Counted from the stretch's first letter, positions 19,983 through 30,210 are shown. The stretch: 64,000 nucleotides of DNA from an uncultured Parcubacteria group bacterium (GCA_947084965.1 CAMTUG010000001.1:147914-211913), one strand, 5' to 3'. Made by a program: numbers and translations. Notes: a model not told the origin generated them from the letters alone.

Positions 19983-21007
19983 AGATGGTGCTTTGGCTGA
20001 TCGCGTTCCTGACCGTCGCTGTGTTTGCCGGGGTAGCTGTTCTTGGTTGGGCAGTGTATGAAACGGCGTTGCGCGCCCCGTCTGCAGATGCGGCTGCGCT
20101 CGCGTTTGAAATCGCTCCGGGCGAAGGGGTCAATCAGATTAGCGTCGATCTCTACGAGCAGAATTTGATCAGCAGCAAGTTTTTGTTTGAAACGTACGTC
20201 TGGGCGATCCGTTCCGAAGGGAAGATTCAGGCCGGGGTGCACGCGTTAAAACCGGGGATGAATCTGATTACCTTAACTTCTGCCTTGACCGGCGCTGCTT
20301 CAGCCGCCGAGGTGGTCGTGACCATTCCGGAAGGATACACCTTGAAGCAGATCGGCGAGGTGCTGCAGGAAAAGCTCGGCATAGATCCGATCGAATGGGC
20401 GCGAGTAACCGGCGTTGATTCACCGATCGCTCACGCCGTTGATGTGACAAGGGACAAGCCGGATGGTGTAGACCTCGAGGGGTATCTCTTCCCAGATACG
20501 TATCACTTCACCAAAGACGATACCGCTGAAGCGATCGCTCTTGAGATGATCCAGACGCTCAAACGCCGCCTGCTGGAGAACGAAATCAATGCCTATCTCG
20601 GCGACGGTGATCTGTATAACTTTCACGAACTGTTAACACTCGCTTCGATCATCGAACGTGAAGTGATGACCGATGCCGATCGGGCACAGGTGTCGGATAT
20701 CTTTCATAAGCGGCTTGAAATCGGCATGGCCCTGCAGGCAGATTCGACCGTTAACTATGTGACCGGCGGTAAAGATCCGTCGATTTCGTACGACGACACG
20801 GAACTCGACTCGCCGTATAACACGTACAAATATGCTGGTTTGCCTCCTGGGCCGATCAGTAATCCGGGCATCGCATCCATTATGGCGGCGATCCATCCAG
20901 AATCAAACGACTACTGGTTTTTCTTGACGACTCCAGACGACGGCACGGTCATCTATGCAACAACGTATGCCGAACATCTGGCCAACAAGCAGAAGTATCT
21001 TCGTTAG
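19979..21007 (+). CDS. mltG: Endolytic transglycosylase MltG
   Basis: TIPEG, LEGYLFPDTY, LASIIERE, LQADST, SPYNTY, GLPPGPISNPG. Confidence 0.93.
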   Translation: MKMVLWLIAFLTVAVFAGVAVLGWAVYETALRAPSADAAALAFEIAPGEGVNQISVDLYEQNLISSKFLFETYVWAIRSEGKIQAGVHALKPGMNLITLTSALTGAASAAEVVVTIPEGYTLKQIGEVLQEKLGIDPIEWARVTGVDSPIAHAVDVTRDKPDGVDLEGYLFPDTYHFTKDDTAEAIALEMIQTLKRRLLENEINAYLGDGDLYNFHELLTLASIIEREVMTDADRAQVSDIFHKRLEIGMALQADSTVNYVTGGKDPSISYDDTELDSPYNTYKYAGLPPGPISNPGIASIMAAIHPESNDYWFFLTTPDDGTVIYATTYAEHLANKQKYLR

Positions 21008-22673
21008 CCTGATTTTACTCTTCGCTCCGCTGCAGCTGGTGCAAGCGGAAGCTTTTACCTTTGATCGATTTACGAGCGATATCACGATCAACGCCGACGG
21101 TTCGTTTGATGTCATCGAAACGATCGAGGTCAACTTCGCCGAAGAGCGCCACGGGATCTATCGGGCGATCCCGACACGCTATACGGTCGACGAGGCGACC
21201 GATCGGTTGATCGGGGTGTCAGAAGTCAGTGTGACAGACGCCCTTGGCAATGACGTTGAGGCCTTGATTACTGACGACGGTTGGCTCAATATCCGCATCG
21301 GCTCGCCGGACGTGACCGTGATCGGCGCCCAGACGTACGTCATCAGCTACCAGGTCGATGGTGCATTATTGCGATTTGATACGTTTGATGAATTGTATTG
21401 GAACGTTACCGGCAGTGAGTGGGATGCACCGCCAACGCAGGTCACCGCCCGGATCCATCTTCCTGATGCCTTGGCTGTGGCGGGGGCAGAGCTCATGCCC
21501 TATTGTTATACCGGATCGTACGCATCAACGGCTTCGGATTGCTTGATCGATCTGCAGCCCCAGCTGATCACCATGACCACAGAGAACAACTTTTTGACCG
21601 TTGCGCTCGGATGGCCGCAAGGAACGATCGGGTACCAAGAGCCAGAGTTTGTTGCTCCTGTTGTGAGTGAGTCGTTGTATGGTGGGCGCACGACAGGGCA
21701 GATGTTATGGGTTTTTGCGACGAGTTTAATCGTCCCGATCATCACCTTTATGTACGTGCTTCGTTATTGGCGACGGCACGGGAAGGATCCAAAAGGGCGC
21801 GGGACGATCGTACCCGAATATGATCCACCAAAAGGGATCAAGCCTTCTGAGCTTGGGATCGTTTTTGATAATAGTTTGTCGCCGAGCGAAATGAGCGCGG
21901 CGATCGTGGATTTGGCGGTGCGCGGGCATCTGTTGATTAAAGAAGTGACCGTTGAGCGTTTTGGTCCAGACAAGCAGACGTACGAATTAGAAAAGCGCAC
22001 CAGCGATGACCCGCTGCGCGACTGGGAGAAGTTGTTACTTGAGGCGATCTTTGTGGGAGAAGAGACCACCGTTTCAGAAAGTACGCTCGTTTCGCGATTG
22101 CCCGAAAAGCGATCGGCGATCGAAGATGCGTTGTATGAAACCGTCGTCAAGGACGGATATTATCTGAAGAATCCAAAACAGGTGCGGATAGCATGGATCG
22201 TGATCGGCGGGATTCTGATTTTTATCGGTGGCGGCATCCTTCCGATTATCGGAGCTTCACTTTTTCCAACGGGGATCATTCTGATCGTCTTCGGATGGTT
22301 AATGCCGAAGCGTACGGAGCTCGGGGTGAAAACGATGGAACAGGCTAAGGGGTTCAAGATGTTTTTGGAGACAGCAGAAAAGTATCGTCTCGAGTGGCAG
22401 GAGAAAGAAGGGATTTTTGAGAAGTTCCTGCCGTTCGCCATGGTTTTCGGGGTTTCACAAAAGTGGGCCAAGGCGTTTGCTACGATCCATGCGACACAAT
22501 CGACCCCGGCGTGGTACGTTGGCACCCACGCGTTCAGTCCTGTGCTTTTCGCCGACTCGATGGAGAGCATCAACAAGTCGTTTGCGACGGCGATGGCCCC
22601 GATGTCATCTGGTTCTGGTGGTGGCGGGTCCTCCGGCGGAGGGTTCGGTGGGGGTGGGGGAGGATCCTGGTAA
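20955..22673 (+). CDS. DUF2207 membrane protein
   Basis: HGIYRAIP, ELYWNVTG, IVDLAVRG, LPFAMVFG, C-terminal GGGFGGGGGGSW; start uncertain. Confidence 0.88.
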   Translation: MQQRMPNIWPTSRSIFVSLILLFAPLQLVQAEAFTFDRFTSDITINADGSFDVIETIEVNFAEERHGIYRAIPTRYTVDEATDRLIGVSEVSVTDALGNDVEALITDDGWLNIRIGSPDVTVIGAQTYVISYQVDGALLRFDTFDELYWNVTGSEWDAPPTQVTARIHLPDALAVAGAELMPYCYTGSYASTASDCLIDLQPQLITMTTENNFLTVALGWPQGTIGYQEPEFVAPVVSESLYGGRTTGQMLWVFATSLIVPIITFMYVLRYWRRHGKDPKGRGTIVPEYDPPKGIKPSELGIVFDNSLSPSEMSAAIVDLAVRGHLLIKEVTVERFGPDKQTYELEKRTSDDPLRDWEKLLLEAIFVGEETTVSESTLVSRLPEKRSAIEDALYETVVKDGYYLKNPKQVRIAWIVIGGILIFIGGGILPIIGASLFPTGIILIVFGWLMPKRTELGVKTMEQAKGFKMFLETAEKYRLEWQEKEGIFEKFLPFAMVFGVSQKWAKAFATIHATQSTPAWYVGTHAFSPVLFADSMESINKSFATAMAPMSSGSGGGGSSGGGFGGGGGGSW

Positions 22674-22683
22674 AAATCACTTT

Positions 22684-23346
22684 ATGCGTACGCTTATTCT
22701 GACGTCAGACGGACTGTCCCCAGAAATCGCCAAAGAACTTTTCTCCTTGCTAGGTAAAAAACCGGAAGAAGTTAAGCTCGGCTTTGTTGCAAACGCAATC
22801 GATCCAGATATCCAAAAACCAGAATCAGCTGTGTACCTTCTTCAGGAACGCGCGTCGTTCGAAGTGATTGGGATTCAAGATGTGATCGATGTGGATCTGC
22901 GCATTAAGGAAGATTTGGCAAAACTGGATGACTGCGACGTGGTTTATGTTGGTGGAGGGAATACGTTTTATCTTTTGAAGTTGATGCGCGACAGTGGGTT
23001 TGATAAGAAAATCAAAGAGCTGCTTTCGAACGACAAGATGTACGTCGGGGTCAGCGCCGGATCGATCGTGATGGGCACGAGCATTGAAACGGCAGGAGTT
23101 GGGCCGGCTGCGGATGCGAACGACGTAAAGTTGGAGGATCCACGTGGATTGCGTCACGTTCCGTTCATGGTCGCACCGCATCTGACGGCAGCCGAAAAGA
23201 TTTATTACGACCAGTTTGCGCGCACCCGCCAGCTGCGTCCGATCGTCGGGATCGAAGACGGGATGGCGATCATTTGCGAAGGGGATCGCTACCGCATCGT
23301 CGGTCCGGGAAAAGTACTCACCTGGCACAGCAAGTTATTCCGTTAG
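22684..23346 (+). CDS. Peptidase S51 (dipeptidase E-like)
   Basis: YVGGGNTFYLL, YVGVSAG, PH catalytic motif. Confidence 0.88.
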   Translation: MRTLILTSDGLSPEIAKELFSLLGKKPEEVKLGFVANAIDPDIQKPESAVYLLQERASFEVIGIQDVIDVDLRIKEDLAKLDDCDVVYVGGGNTFYLLKLMRDSGFDKKIKELLSNDKMYVGVSAGSIVMGTSIETAGVGPAADANDVKLEDPRGLRHVPFMVAPHLTAAEKIYYDQFARTRQLRPIVGIEDGMAIICEGDRYRIVGPGKVLTWHSKLFR

Positions 23347-23347
23347 T

Positions 23348-23617
23348 ATGCGACACGAAAAGAAAGTTTGGCCGGAATATTTTCAACGCATTGTCGATGG
23401 TACGAAGCGTTACGAATTACGGTTGGCGGACTGGGACTGCAACTCGGGCGACGAACTTGTCCTGAAAGAGTGGGATCCGCATACGAAGCAGTACACCGGA
23501 CGCGAGCTCGTCAAGTCGGTCACCTACGTCATGCGCACCAAAGATCCTGCTCATGAGAAGTTCTGGCCCAAAGATGAGATTGAAAAGCACGGGTTCCAGA
23601 TTATATCGTTTGAATAG
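23348..23617 (+). CDS. DUF3850 / ASCH-PUA-like domain protein
   Basis: HEKKVWPEYF, GTKRYELR, GDELVLKEWDP, YTGRE. Confidence 0.85.
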   Translation: MRHEKKVWPEYFQRIVDGTKRYELRLADWDCNSGDELVLKEWDPHTKQYTGRELVKSVTYVMRTKDPAHEKFWPKDEIEKHGFQIISFE

Positions 23618-23762
23618 GTGTTAGGAATCGATGGCACGATTATCTGTCGATAACCCCGGTGAAGTTTTGTTTTTTACTACTTGTTGTCAGAAAAAGTTAA
23701 CAACAGGGAGGATTGACGCGGGGTACTTTTTGAGGTAGCGTGGGAGGACGGTAACATTTTTT

Positions 23763-24194
23763 ATGAATCACATCTCGGAGGAAAAGTTTGTGGCAAGCAT
23801 GCAGGGGGTAGAAAACCGCTTTCAGCAGATGGATAACCGTTTTGAGCAAATCGATAATCGCTTTCAGCTGGTGGATAACCGTTTTCAACAGGTGGACAAA
23901 CGATTCGAACAAATCGATAACCGTTTTCAACAGGTGGATAATCGTTTACAGCAGGTTGATAAGCGTTTTGAGCAGGTTGATAAGCGTTTAGACACGCTCG
24001 AGTTTCAGGTAAAGGGATTGAGAGACGATATTCGACAGGTTGAGGATAAGATGGACGTTAAGTTCGATACGATCATCAACATGCTCGATCGAGACACCCG
24101 ATGGAAAACGGACACCGAAGCTGAGGTTGCTGCGGCCCATGCGAGAATCGATCGTGTCGAAGTGCAACTTGCGCTCAAGCCAACGACGCCATAA
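23763..24194 (+). CDS. Coiled-coil protein with tandem heptad repeats (VDNRFQQ)
   Basis: About nine 7-aa repeats encoded by degenerate 21-nt repeats at about 23810-23995. Confidence 0.75.
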   Translation: MNHISEEKFVASMQGVENRFQQMDNRFEQIDNRFQLVDNRFQQVDKRFEQIDNRFQQVDNRLQQVDKRFEQVDKRLDTLEFQVKGLRDDIRQVEDKMDVKFDTIINMLDRDTRWKTDTEAEVAAAHARIDRVEVQLALKPTTP

Positions 24195-24261
24195 GGATGC
24201 CTGGGTTACGAGGTTTTTGGCGGGGTCAGTGACCCTGCTTTGTGTTATAATCATCGGGCAT

Positions 24262-26388
24262 ATGAAGGAATTTATGCTCTCGGGCGGAGCTCCGGACGTG
24301 CCCAAGATTGATTACCAAAACGAGCTAAACGCAGAGCAGCTCGAAGTGGTGTTGAACGGCGATGGGCCGTGTTTGGTATTGGCCGGAGCGGGTTCGGGGA
24401 AGACACGGACGATCACGTATCGCGTGGCCTATTTGCTCGAGCAAGGGGTGCGACCAGATGAGATTCTGCTTTTGACCTTCACCAACAAGGCGGCCAAAGA
24501 GATGATGGAGCGCATCACCCACTTGCTCGGGTCGGTGCCGTACGGACTGTGGGGCGGGACGTTCCATTCGATCGGGAACCGCATTTTGCGTCAGTATGCC
24601 AACGTCATCGGCTACCAATCGAACTTCACGATCATGGATCACGATGATTCTGTGGATCTGGTGAAGATCGTCATTAAGGATTTAAAGATTGATACCAAGG
24701 AGAAGCGTTTTCCTTCGGCCGCCGTCGTACACGCGATTATTTCGTATAGTCGCAACGCCAAGATGTCGATCGAAGAAACGGTCGAGACGAAGTACTCTCA
24801 ATTTGTTGATGACAGTTCGACGATCGCGCGGATCGCGGCGCAGTATGAATCGCGCAAGCGCACCGGGAACACGATGGACTTTGATGACTTGTTGTTGCTC
24901 CTCGCTGATCTTTTAGCCACAAATCCACAAGTAAAAAATGCGCTTGCGACACGATTCCGCTATGTGTTGGTGGATGAGTATCAGGATACGAACGTGATTC
25001 AGGCGCGGCTAGTCAATGATCTCTCGAGTGTGCATCGCAATCTGCTCGTGGTCGGCGACGACGCTCAGTCGATCTATTCCTTCCGGGCGGCAGAGATCAG
25101 AAATATTTTAGGATTTCCGAACGCCCACTCGGGGGCCAAGACGTTCCGTCTGGAGACAAACTATCGTTCCACGCCAGAAATTTTGTCCCTGGCCAACTCG
25201 ATCATCGAACAGAACACGGACCAGTTTTCTAAAGAGTTGATCGCGGTGCGTGACGCATTTGAAAAACCAAACTTGATTCCAACGTCAGACACGCGCCAAG
25301 AGGCGCAGTACATTAGCGAGCAGATCGTCCAGATGATCGATAAGGGGATGCCGCTTTCTGAAATTGCCGTCTTGTTCCGCGCCGCGCATCACTCGCAAGC
25401 ATTAGAAATGGAGCTGTCGCGCCGCAACATTCCGTACGAGTTCCGCGGTGGGATGAAGTTTTTTGAACGCGCGCATATCAAGGACGTGGTTTCTTACATT
25501 CGTTTGATCGCTAACCCCAAAGACGGGATGGCTTGGATCCGTGTGCTGTCGCATCAGGTTGGAATTGGGGCGGTGACCGCGACCAAGATTATGGAGGTGA
25601 TGCAGAATTTTGAATCGATCGCTCAGGCGCTCGAAGCGGATTCAACGGGGTTCGTGCCAGGGCGCAGTTCGTCTGGCTGGCGATCCCTGACATCCGTCCT
25701 CAACTCGATGCACAAAACGGATCGCCAGCCGTCGTCGTTGATTCGCATTGTCGCTACCTCTGCCTATCAAGATTACTTGAACGCCGAGTATCCAAATGCG
25801 GCGGAGCGGTTGGAAGATATCGAACAGTTCGCCATTTTTTCAGAGCAATATTCTGACCTGTCGCAATTCTTGGAAGAAGTTTCACTTAAAGACGACTACG
25901 GCGCGGTGCAAGAAGAGGGTGGATACAAAGAAGAGCGGATGATTCTGTCGACGATTCATCAGGCTAAGGGACTTGAGTGGAACGCGGTTTTTGTGATGAA
26001 CTTGACCGACGGAGCCTTCCCGCATCCTCGGGCACTCAGTGAAGCGGGAGGGATCGAGGAAGAACGTCGCTTGTTCTATGTCGCCACCACGCGCGCGCGC
26101 AAGCATCTCTTTCTCACGTATCCAATTACCAGCGGGTATGAAACAATGGAGGTGCGCCAGCCGTCAATGTTCCTCGACGAGTTACCAAAAGGGTTGCTTG
26201 AGGAGGTGCGCGTCAAACGTCCGGCCGCGTCCTATCTTTCTTCACCTCGCGATTTGGGATCAAAAAGTCGTTGGGGGGAGAGTAGTGATGAGGAGTATGA
26301 CGAACCGACGATCGTTCTTGATGGGATGGGGGAGGTAAAGAAGGCTCCGCCGCGGACCGGGTTTTTGCGTTCTATCGATGAATTATGA
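24262..26388 (+). CDS. pcrA: ATP-dependent DNA helicase UvrD/PcrA
   Basis: AGAGSGKT, TFTNKAA, VDEYQDTN, VGDDAQSIYSFR, NYRS, STIHQAKGLEW, EERRLFYVA. Confidence 0.93.
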   Translation: MKEFMLSGGAPDVPKIDYQNELNAEQLEVVLNGDGPCLVLAGAGSGKTRTITYRVAYLLEQGVRPDEILLLTFTNKAAKEMMERITHLLGSVPYGLWGGTFHSIGNRILRQYANVIGYQSNFTIMDHDDSVDLVKIVIKDLKIDTKEKRFPSAAVVHAIISYSRNAKMSIEETVETKYSQFVDDSSTIARIAAQYESRKRTGNTMDFDDLLLLLADLLATNPQVKNALATRFRYVLVDEYQDTNVIQARLVNDLSSVHRNLLVVGDDAQSIYSFRAAEIRNILGFPNAHSGAKTFRLETNYRSTPEILSLANSIIEQNTDQFSKELIAVRDAFEKPNLIPTSDTRQEAQYISEQIVQMIDKGMPLSEIAVLFRAAHHSQALEMELSRRNIPYEFRGGMKFFERAHIKDVVSYIRLIANPKDGMAWIRVLSHQVGIGAVTATKIMEVMQNFESIAQALEADSTGFVPGRSSSGWRSLTSVLNSMHKTDRQPSSLIRIVATSAYQDYLNAEYPNAAERLEDIEQFAIFSEQYSDLSQFLEEVSLKDDYGAVQEEGGYKEERMILSTIHQAKGLEWNAVFVMNLTDGAFPHPRALSEAGGIEEERRLFYVATTRARKHLFLTYPITSGYETMEVRQPSMFLDELPKGLLEEVRVKRPAASYLSSPRDLGSKSRWGESSDEEYDEPTIVLDGMGEVKKAPPRTGFLRSIDEL

Positions 26389-26939
26389 ATCCACACTACA
26401 AGCGCTATCGCGGGGGCGGGGGGAGTCATCACGCTTCAAAGTCATGGCTCGGACTCGGGGTATTAGTGCTCGGGGTGTTTCTCACGTTTGGCGGGATCGT
26501 TTGGTTTCGTAAATCAGCTGATCAGTTGGAGATCGGTGGAGAGGATGATTCGACATCAACGACTGGGATAGAAGTTCGGGATGAGACGGCACCGACGCGC
26601 CGTTCGCGCGAAGAGGTGCTGTTAACCGATACTGCCGGAGGATCGCAGACGATCGTTAGCCGGGAAATCGAAGATCGCGTTTTTCGCTTGGCGATCGTCT
26701 CGCATTTGAGCGATCCGCCCGTGGGGCAATTCTACGAAGGGTGGTTGTTACGCGAAGATCCATTTGATTTTTTCTCGGCTGGTGCGATGGTCAAAAATGC
26801 GGACGGCACCTACGCTCTGGTGTGGGAAGGTCCGCGCGGAAAAGATTTCGCTGATTTCACGAACATCATCATTACCCGAGAATTACCGGACGGAGATTCA
26901 GCGCCGTCTTCGGTGCATGTGCTCGAAGGGTCTTTTTAA
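26385..26939 (+). CDS. Membrane-anchored protein with RskA-like C-terminal domain
   Basis: Single TM; FYEGWL and ITRE...HVLEG motifs. Confidence 0.6.
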   Translation: MNPHYKRYRGGGGSHHASKSWLGLGVLVLGVFLTFGGIVWFRKSADQLEIGGEDDSTSTTGIEVRDETAPTRRSREEVLLTDTAGGSQTIVSREIEDRVFRLAIVSHLSDPPVGQFYEGWLLREDPFDFFSAGAMVKNADGTYALVWEGPRGKDFADFTNIIITRELPDGDSAPSSVHVLEGSF

Positions 26940-26942
26940 TCT

Positions 26943-28259
26943 ATGGAGTCGGTCCGTGCCCAACATCTCGAACGCAACTGGGACAAGAACGACGCCCAGT
27001 ATTTCGTTACGTTTTTAGCCGATCGGTTTTATCCGTTGAACGAACGATTCGCACGGGCATTTGAAAAACGTTTCGGCGGGGTGTGGAAACCGATCTATAT
27101 TCTGTCTGGCATGCCAAATGAACTTTTTCGCCCCGAGAACTTTTTGATCGTCAATCGTCAACATCATCCGGGAACGGTCTGTCTGCAAGATTACGAAGAT
27201 CAGAATGTCGAGTTTTCAACTTCGCCAAAGGTGAAGAAGATGCTGAAGACGCTTCTTAAAAAGCAAGGCCGTTTGTTTATCGTTCCGTTCACCGCGTCGC
27301 ATCTGACGATCAAGATGTCCGGCCTCACCGTGATCGCTCCACGAGCAGACTTGGCCAAGAAGTACGACAACAAGATCGAGCATATAAAACTTTTCGAGCG
27401 CCTCGGTGTGGCAACACATCGCTATGCCATTTTCAAAAACGCCGATGATCTGCGTCGCCACGCACCTCATTTGCCAGCGTGTTATCTGTCTGCTCCGTTC
27501 ACGAGCGGTGGGGCAGAGGCCGGGTTTGTTTATGGGCCGGCTGACGTTGAGAAGTTTCTTACCTCACTACGCGAAGTGAATGCCAAAGGGGCGATCCTCG
27601 CCACGCGGATCGTTAAAGATATCATCCTTGCTCCGAACGTCAATGCGATTGTGCTTGGCAAAGATAAGGTCGAGGTGATTGCTGTCGCTGATCAGGTGCT
27701 CCACGGCAACGCCTACCTCGGCAACATCTATCCGAGCAAAGCGAGTAAAGCGATGCGTGCGAAGATGATCGAAGCGACCAAGATCGTCGGACGTTATCTT
27801 TCGCGCCTCGGCTATCGTGGATTATTTGGTATTGATTTTTTGATCGATCGCAAGGGAGGAATGTACGCCACGGATTTGAATCCGCGCCGACAAGGTGGGT
27901 ATTTCTGCAACGTGCTTATGTCGAAGAAAGTTGATTTAGTTGATCTTGAAGTTGCTGTGGCACTGGGCGAGAAGATTCCTGCAATTACAATGAAGGACTT
28001 TCAGTGTGCGTTTGCTTGGGGGCATTCAAAGATTAAACCGCACGGAAAGGCGCGGAAGATCAGAAAAGTTTTAAAGAATGGCGACGCCGAGGATCCGTTT
28101 CATGAAGTGGGGGCGGAGTTTTCAGCGATCTTTTATGAGAAGGATTCTGTGATGGAGTCGGGGAGTGCTGGGTATTATGTGGTGAGTGGGAAGTCGCGTT
28201 CGACTGTTGCAAAGAAAACGGAATTGGAACCAGAGAGGATTTTGAAACGGGTTTTTTAA
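26943..28259 (+). CDS. ATP-grasp domain protein
   Basis: GYRGLFGIDFL...TDLNPR ATP-grasp C-terminal motif; YLGNIYP. Confidence 0.75.
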   Translation: MESVRAQHLERNWDKNDAQYFVTFLADRFYPLNERFARAFEKRFGGVWKPIYILSGMPNELFRPENFLIVNRQHHPGTVCLQDYEDQNVEFSTSPKVKKMLKTLLKKQGRLFIVPFTASHLTIKMSGLTVIAPRADLAKKYDNKIEHIKLFERLGVATHRYAIFKNADDLRRHAPHLPACYLSAPFTSGGAEAGFVYGPADVEKFLTSLREVNAKGAILATRIVKDIILAPNVNAIVLGKDKVEVIAVADQVLHGNAYLGNIYPSKASKAMRAKMIEATKIVGRYLSRLGYRGLFGIDFLIDRKGGMYATDLNPRRQGGYFCNVLMSKKVDLVDLEVAVALGEKIPAITMKDFQCAFAWGHSKIKPHGKARKIRKVLKNGDAEDPFHEVGAEFSAIFYEKDSVMESGSAGYYVVSGKSRSTVAKKTELEPERILKRVF

Positions 28260-28270
28260 TCATCGCCGAG

Positions 28271-28363
28271 AGGTTGGGGTACTTAAAAACATCTTTTACA
28301 ACTCGTTTGAATACATAATGTCGTCAAACGAAGTGTAAATGTACTTTTTGAGACACCCAACCT
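28271..28363. repeat. Palindromic element family D, copy 1
   Basis: Reverse complement begins GTTGGGTGTCTCAAAAA, as does 44218-44305; long hairpin. Confidence 0.75.
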
Positions 28364-29588
28364 ACAACTCGTGATCGTAATGCCAGCCGCTGGAACGCGT
28401 TTTGAACTCGACTCCTAAGAGAGAGGCGCGTGTCCACGACCCTGATCCATACCGGGACTGAATTTTATCCAAGGCAGAAGTTGCGCTGAGCAATCTCTGT
28501 TCTTTTTTAAACAATGATCGCGCTTCAGCACCAGTGCAAAGCTGGCTGGCGGTGATGCCGATCAGGCGCACAGGGTGATCGAGATCGTTTTTGATTAAAC
28601 TCCAACCGATCTCGGCCAGTTTGGCGCCGTCGGACGTTGGTTCAGCAAAGCGATGCTCGCGGCCAAATCCGCCCAAGTCGCCGAAGCGTACGTAGGCAGA
28701 AACAGAACGAGCGACAAGTCCGTCTCGGCGCAATCGCCAAGCGACTTTGTCGGCGAGTGCCAGCAGTTGCCGCTTAATATCGCGCGGGTCATCTAAATCA
28801 CGCGGCATCGTATACGAATGACCAACAGATTTCGGTGCTGCCTCGCTACTGGCAACAGGGGAGTCGTCGCGACCAAAGGCCGCCTCATGTAACCACCAGC
28901 CCCAACTTTTAAACTCTTGTACCAGGAGCTCGCGCGGATAGCGGCGCAATTGTTCAACAGTAAAAATGCCCAGATCGGCCAGATGCTCCTGTGTGCGCCG
29001 GCCGATTCCGGAGATATCCTCAAGTTCGCAAGATCCAACAAAGTCGAGCACCGCTTCTGGCCGCACAACGGTTAGGCCGTTTGGTTTGTGGGAGCCAGCA
29101 GCGAGTTTAGCGATTAACTTATTCGGCCCGATGCCAACCGACGCCGTAATTCGTTCACCGCACTCTTCTGCCAATCGCGCACGAATCGTCTGGGCCAGCA
29201 TCATTGCTCCAAAGTAGTCACGTGCGGCGTGGGTGACATCAAGATAGCTTTCGTCTACGCTCGCTGGCTCAACCTGGTCCGTATAGTCGCGATAAATCGC
29301 ATTGAACCGAGCGGTAATCTCGGAATACTTTTCTGGATCTCCCGGAATAATAATCAAAGAAGGACAGATGCGTCGTGCTTCCCAGGTCGACATTGCTGTT
29401 TTCACTCCAAGCCGTTTGGCTTCAACAGATGCTGTAGCCACGATCGTGCGTTGGGCCTGATCCGCTCGTGAAGGATCAAAACTCTTGCCACTGACCCCAA
29501 TCGGCTTGCCACGCAAAAACGGATTCGCTTGCTGTTCAACGCTCGCGAAGTACGAGTTCATGTCGATGTGCATGATGATGCGATCCAT
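28362..29588 (-). CDS. dinB: Y-family DNA polymerase IV (DinB/UmuC)
   Basis: HIDMNSYFASVEQ, SVDESYLD, SVGIGPNKLIAKLA, KPNG, KSVGHSYT. Confidence 0.95.
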   Translation of the reverse strand: MDRIIMHIDMNSYFASVEQQANPFLRGKPIGVSGKSFDPSRADQAQRTIVATASVEAKRLGVKTAMSTWEARRICPSLIIIPGDPEKYSEITARFNAIYRDYTDQVEPASVDESYLDVTHAARDYFGAMMLAQTIRARLAEECGERITASVGIGPNKLIAKLAAGSHKPNGLTVVRPEAVLDFVGSCELEDISGIGRRTQEHLADLGIFTVEQLRRYPRELLVQEFKSWGWWLHEAAFGRDDSPVASSEAAPKSVGHSYTMPRDLDDPRDIKRQLLALADKVAWRLRRDGLVARSVSAYVRFGDLGGFGREHRFAEPTSDGAKLAEIGWSLIKNDLDHPVRLIGITASQLCTGAEARSLFKKEQRLLSATSALDKIQSRYGSGSWTRASLLGVEFKTRSSGWHYDHEL

Positions 29589-29603
29589 AAGGGAGTGGAT
29601 AGT

Positions 29604-29716
29604 GATATCGACGGAGGAGGTTCGAGCTGACGAGTTCTCTTTTCGCGCGCAGCCCTTATCCTTTCTTCGGGGTCGAGCACGAAAAGAGTGTCAGCGAGAC
29701 CGAGTACGGCGATATC
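29604..29716. repeat. Long imperfect hairpin upstream of dinB
   Basis: GATATCG/CGATATC, CTGAC/GTCAG and CTCTTTTCG/CGAAAAGAG nested stems. Confidence 0.65.
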
Positions 29717-29965
29717 TTATCCATCACAATACATTTCGGTTAATCGCCACTCGAGCAATTCTGGATCCAGTTTTAACTTAAACGCGTTGGCATCATCAGA
29801 GACAGAGAAGTAGAATAAACGCTTCGTCCCTTCGCGGCCAGGGTGCACCAGGTTCACATGCTTAATGTCATACATCTGGTTTTGCCAACGCATCTTCAGC
29901 GGCCGCACGCGGTTTTTGGTGAACGTGACGATCACGTCCACCGGGTCGTTCAAAAACGTGTGCAT
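29717..29965 (-). CDS. Small dinB-associated protein (DUF6504-like)
   Basis: 82 aa; P..MRW.NQMY.I...FYFSV...F.L.LD....W.L pattern; directly upstream of dinB. Confidence 0.75.
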   Translation of the reverse strand: MHTFLNDPVDVIVTFTKNRVRPLKMRWQNQMYDIKHVNLVHPGREGTKRLFYFSVSDDANAFKLKLDPELLEWRLTEMYCDG

Positions 29966-29966
29966 A

Positions 29967-30122
29967 TTAAATGTGCGCTAAGATCCCGCGGACGATCTGC
30001 TTAAACTTGCGGCGGCTGGTGTGTACCCGCAGCATCTTGCGCGCATGTTGAATCCGGCGCAGGGACTTGGTTGGCATGAACGAAACGGTCGAACCGTAGT
30101 AGCGAAGAATGGCTTCAGACAT
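29967..30122 (-). CDS. Small basic hypothetical protein (51 aa)
   Basis: ATG at 30122; stop codon 1 nt before the next ATG, suggesting translational coupling. Confidence 0.5.
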   Translation of the reverse strand: MSEAILRYYGSTVSFMPTKSLRRIQHARKMLRVHTSRRKFKQIVRGILAHI

Positions 30123-30132
30123 AGAGTTTTGT

Positions 30133-30156
30133 ATAGGCGGGGCCACTGCGCCCCGC
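30133..30156 (-). repeat. REP-like palindrome (family B, copy 2)
   Basis: Reverse complement identical to 11908-11931. Confidence 0.8.
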
Positions 30157-30210
30157 ATGAGTTAACAAATTTAATCAACCGTACATGGGCGTACCTTTGC
30201 CTCCGTTGAA

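Noticed and set aside
23810-23995. 21-nt tandem repeats as CRISPR or DGR repeats
   Set aside because: No spacers; variation is largely synonymous or conservative, consistent with a coding coiled-coil
30181-30194. GTAC-N6-GTAC as a third LexA box
   Set aside because: Spacing is 6 rather than 7 and both halves deviate from GTTC/GAAC
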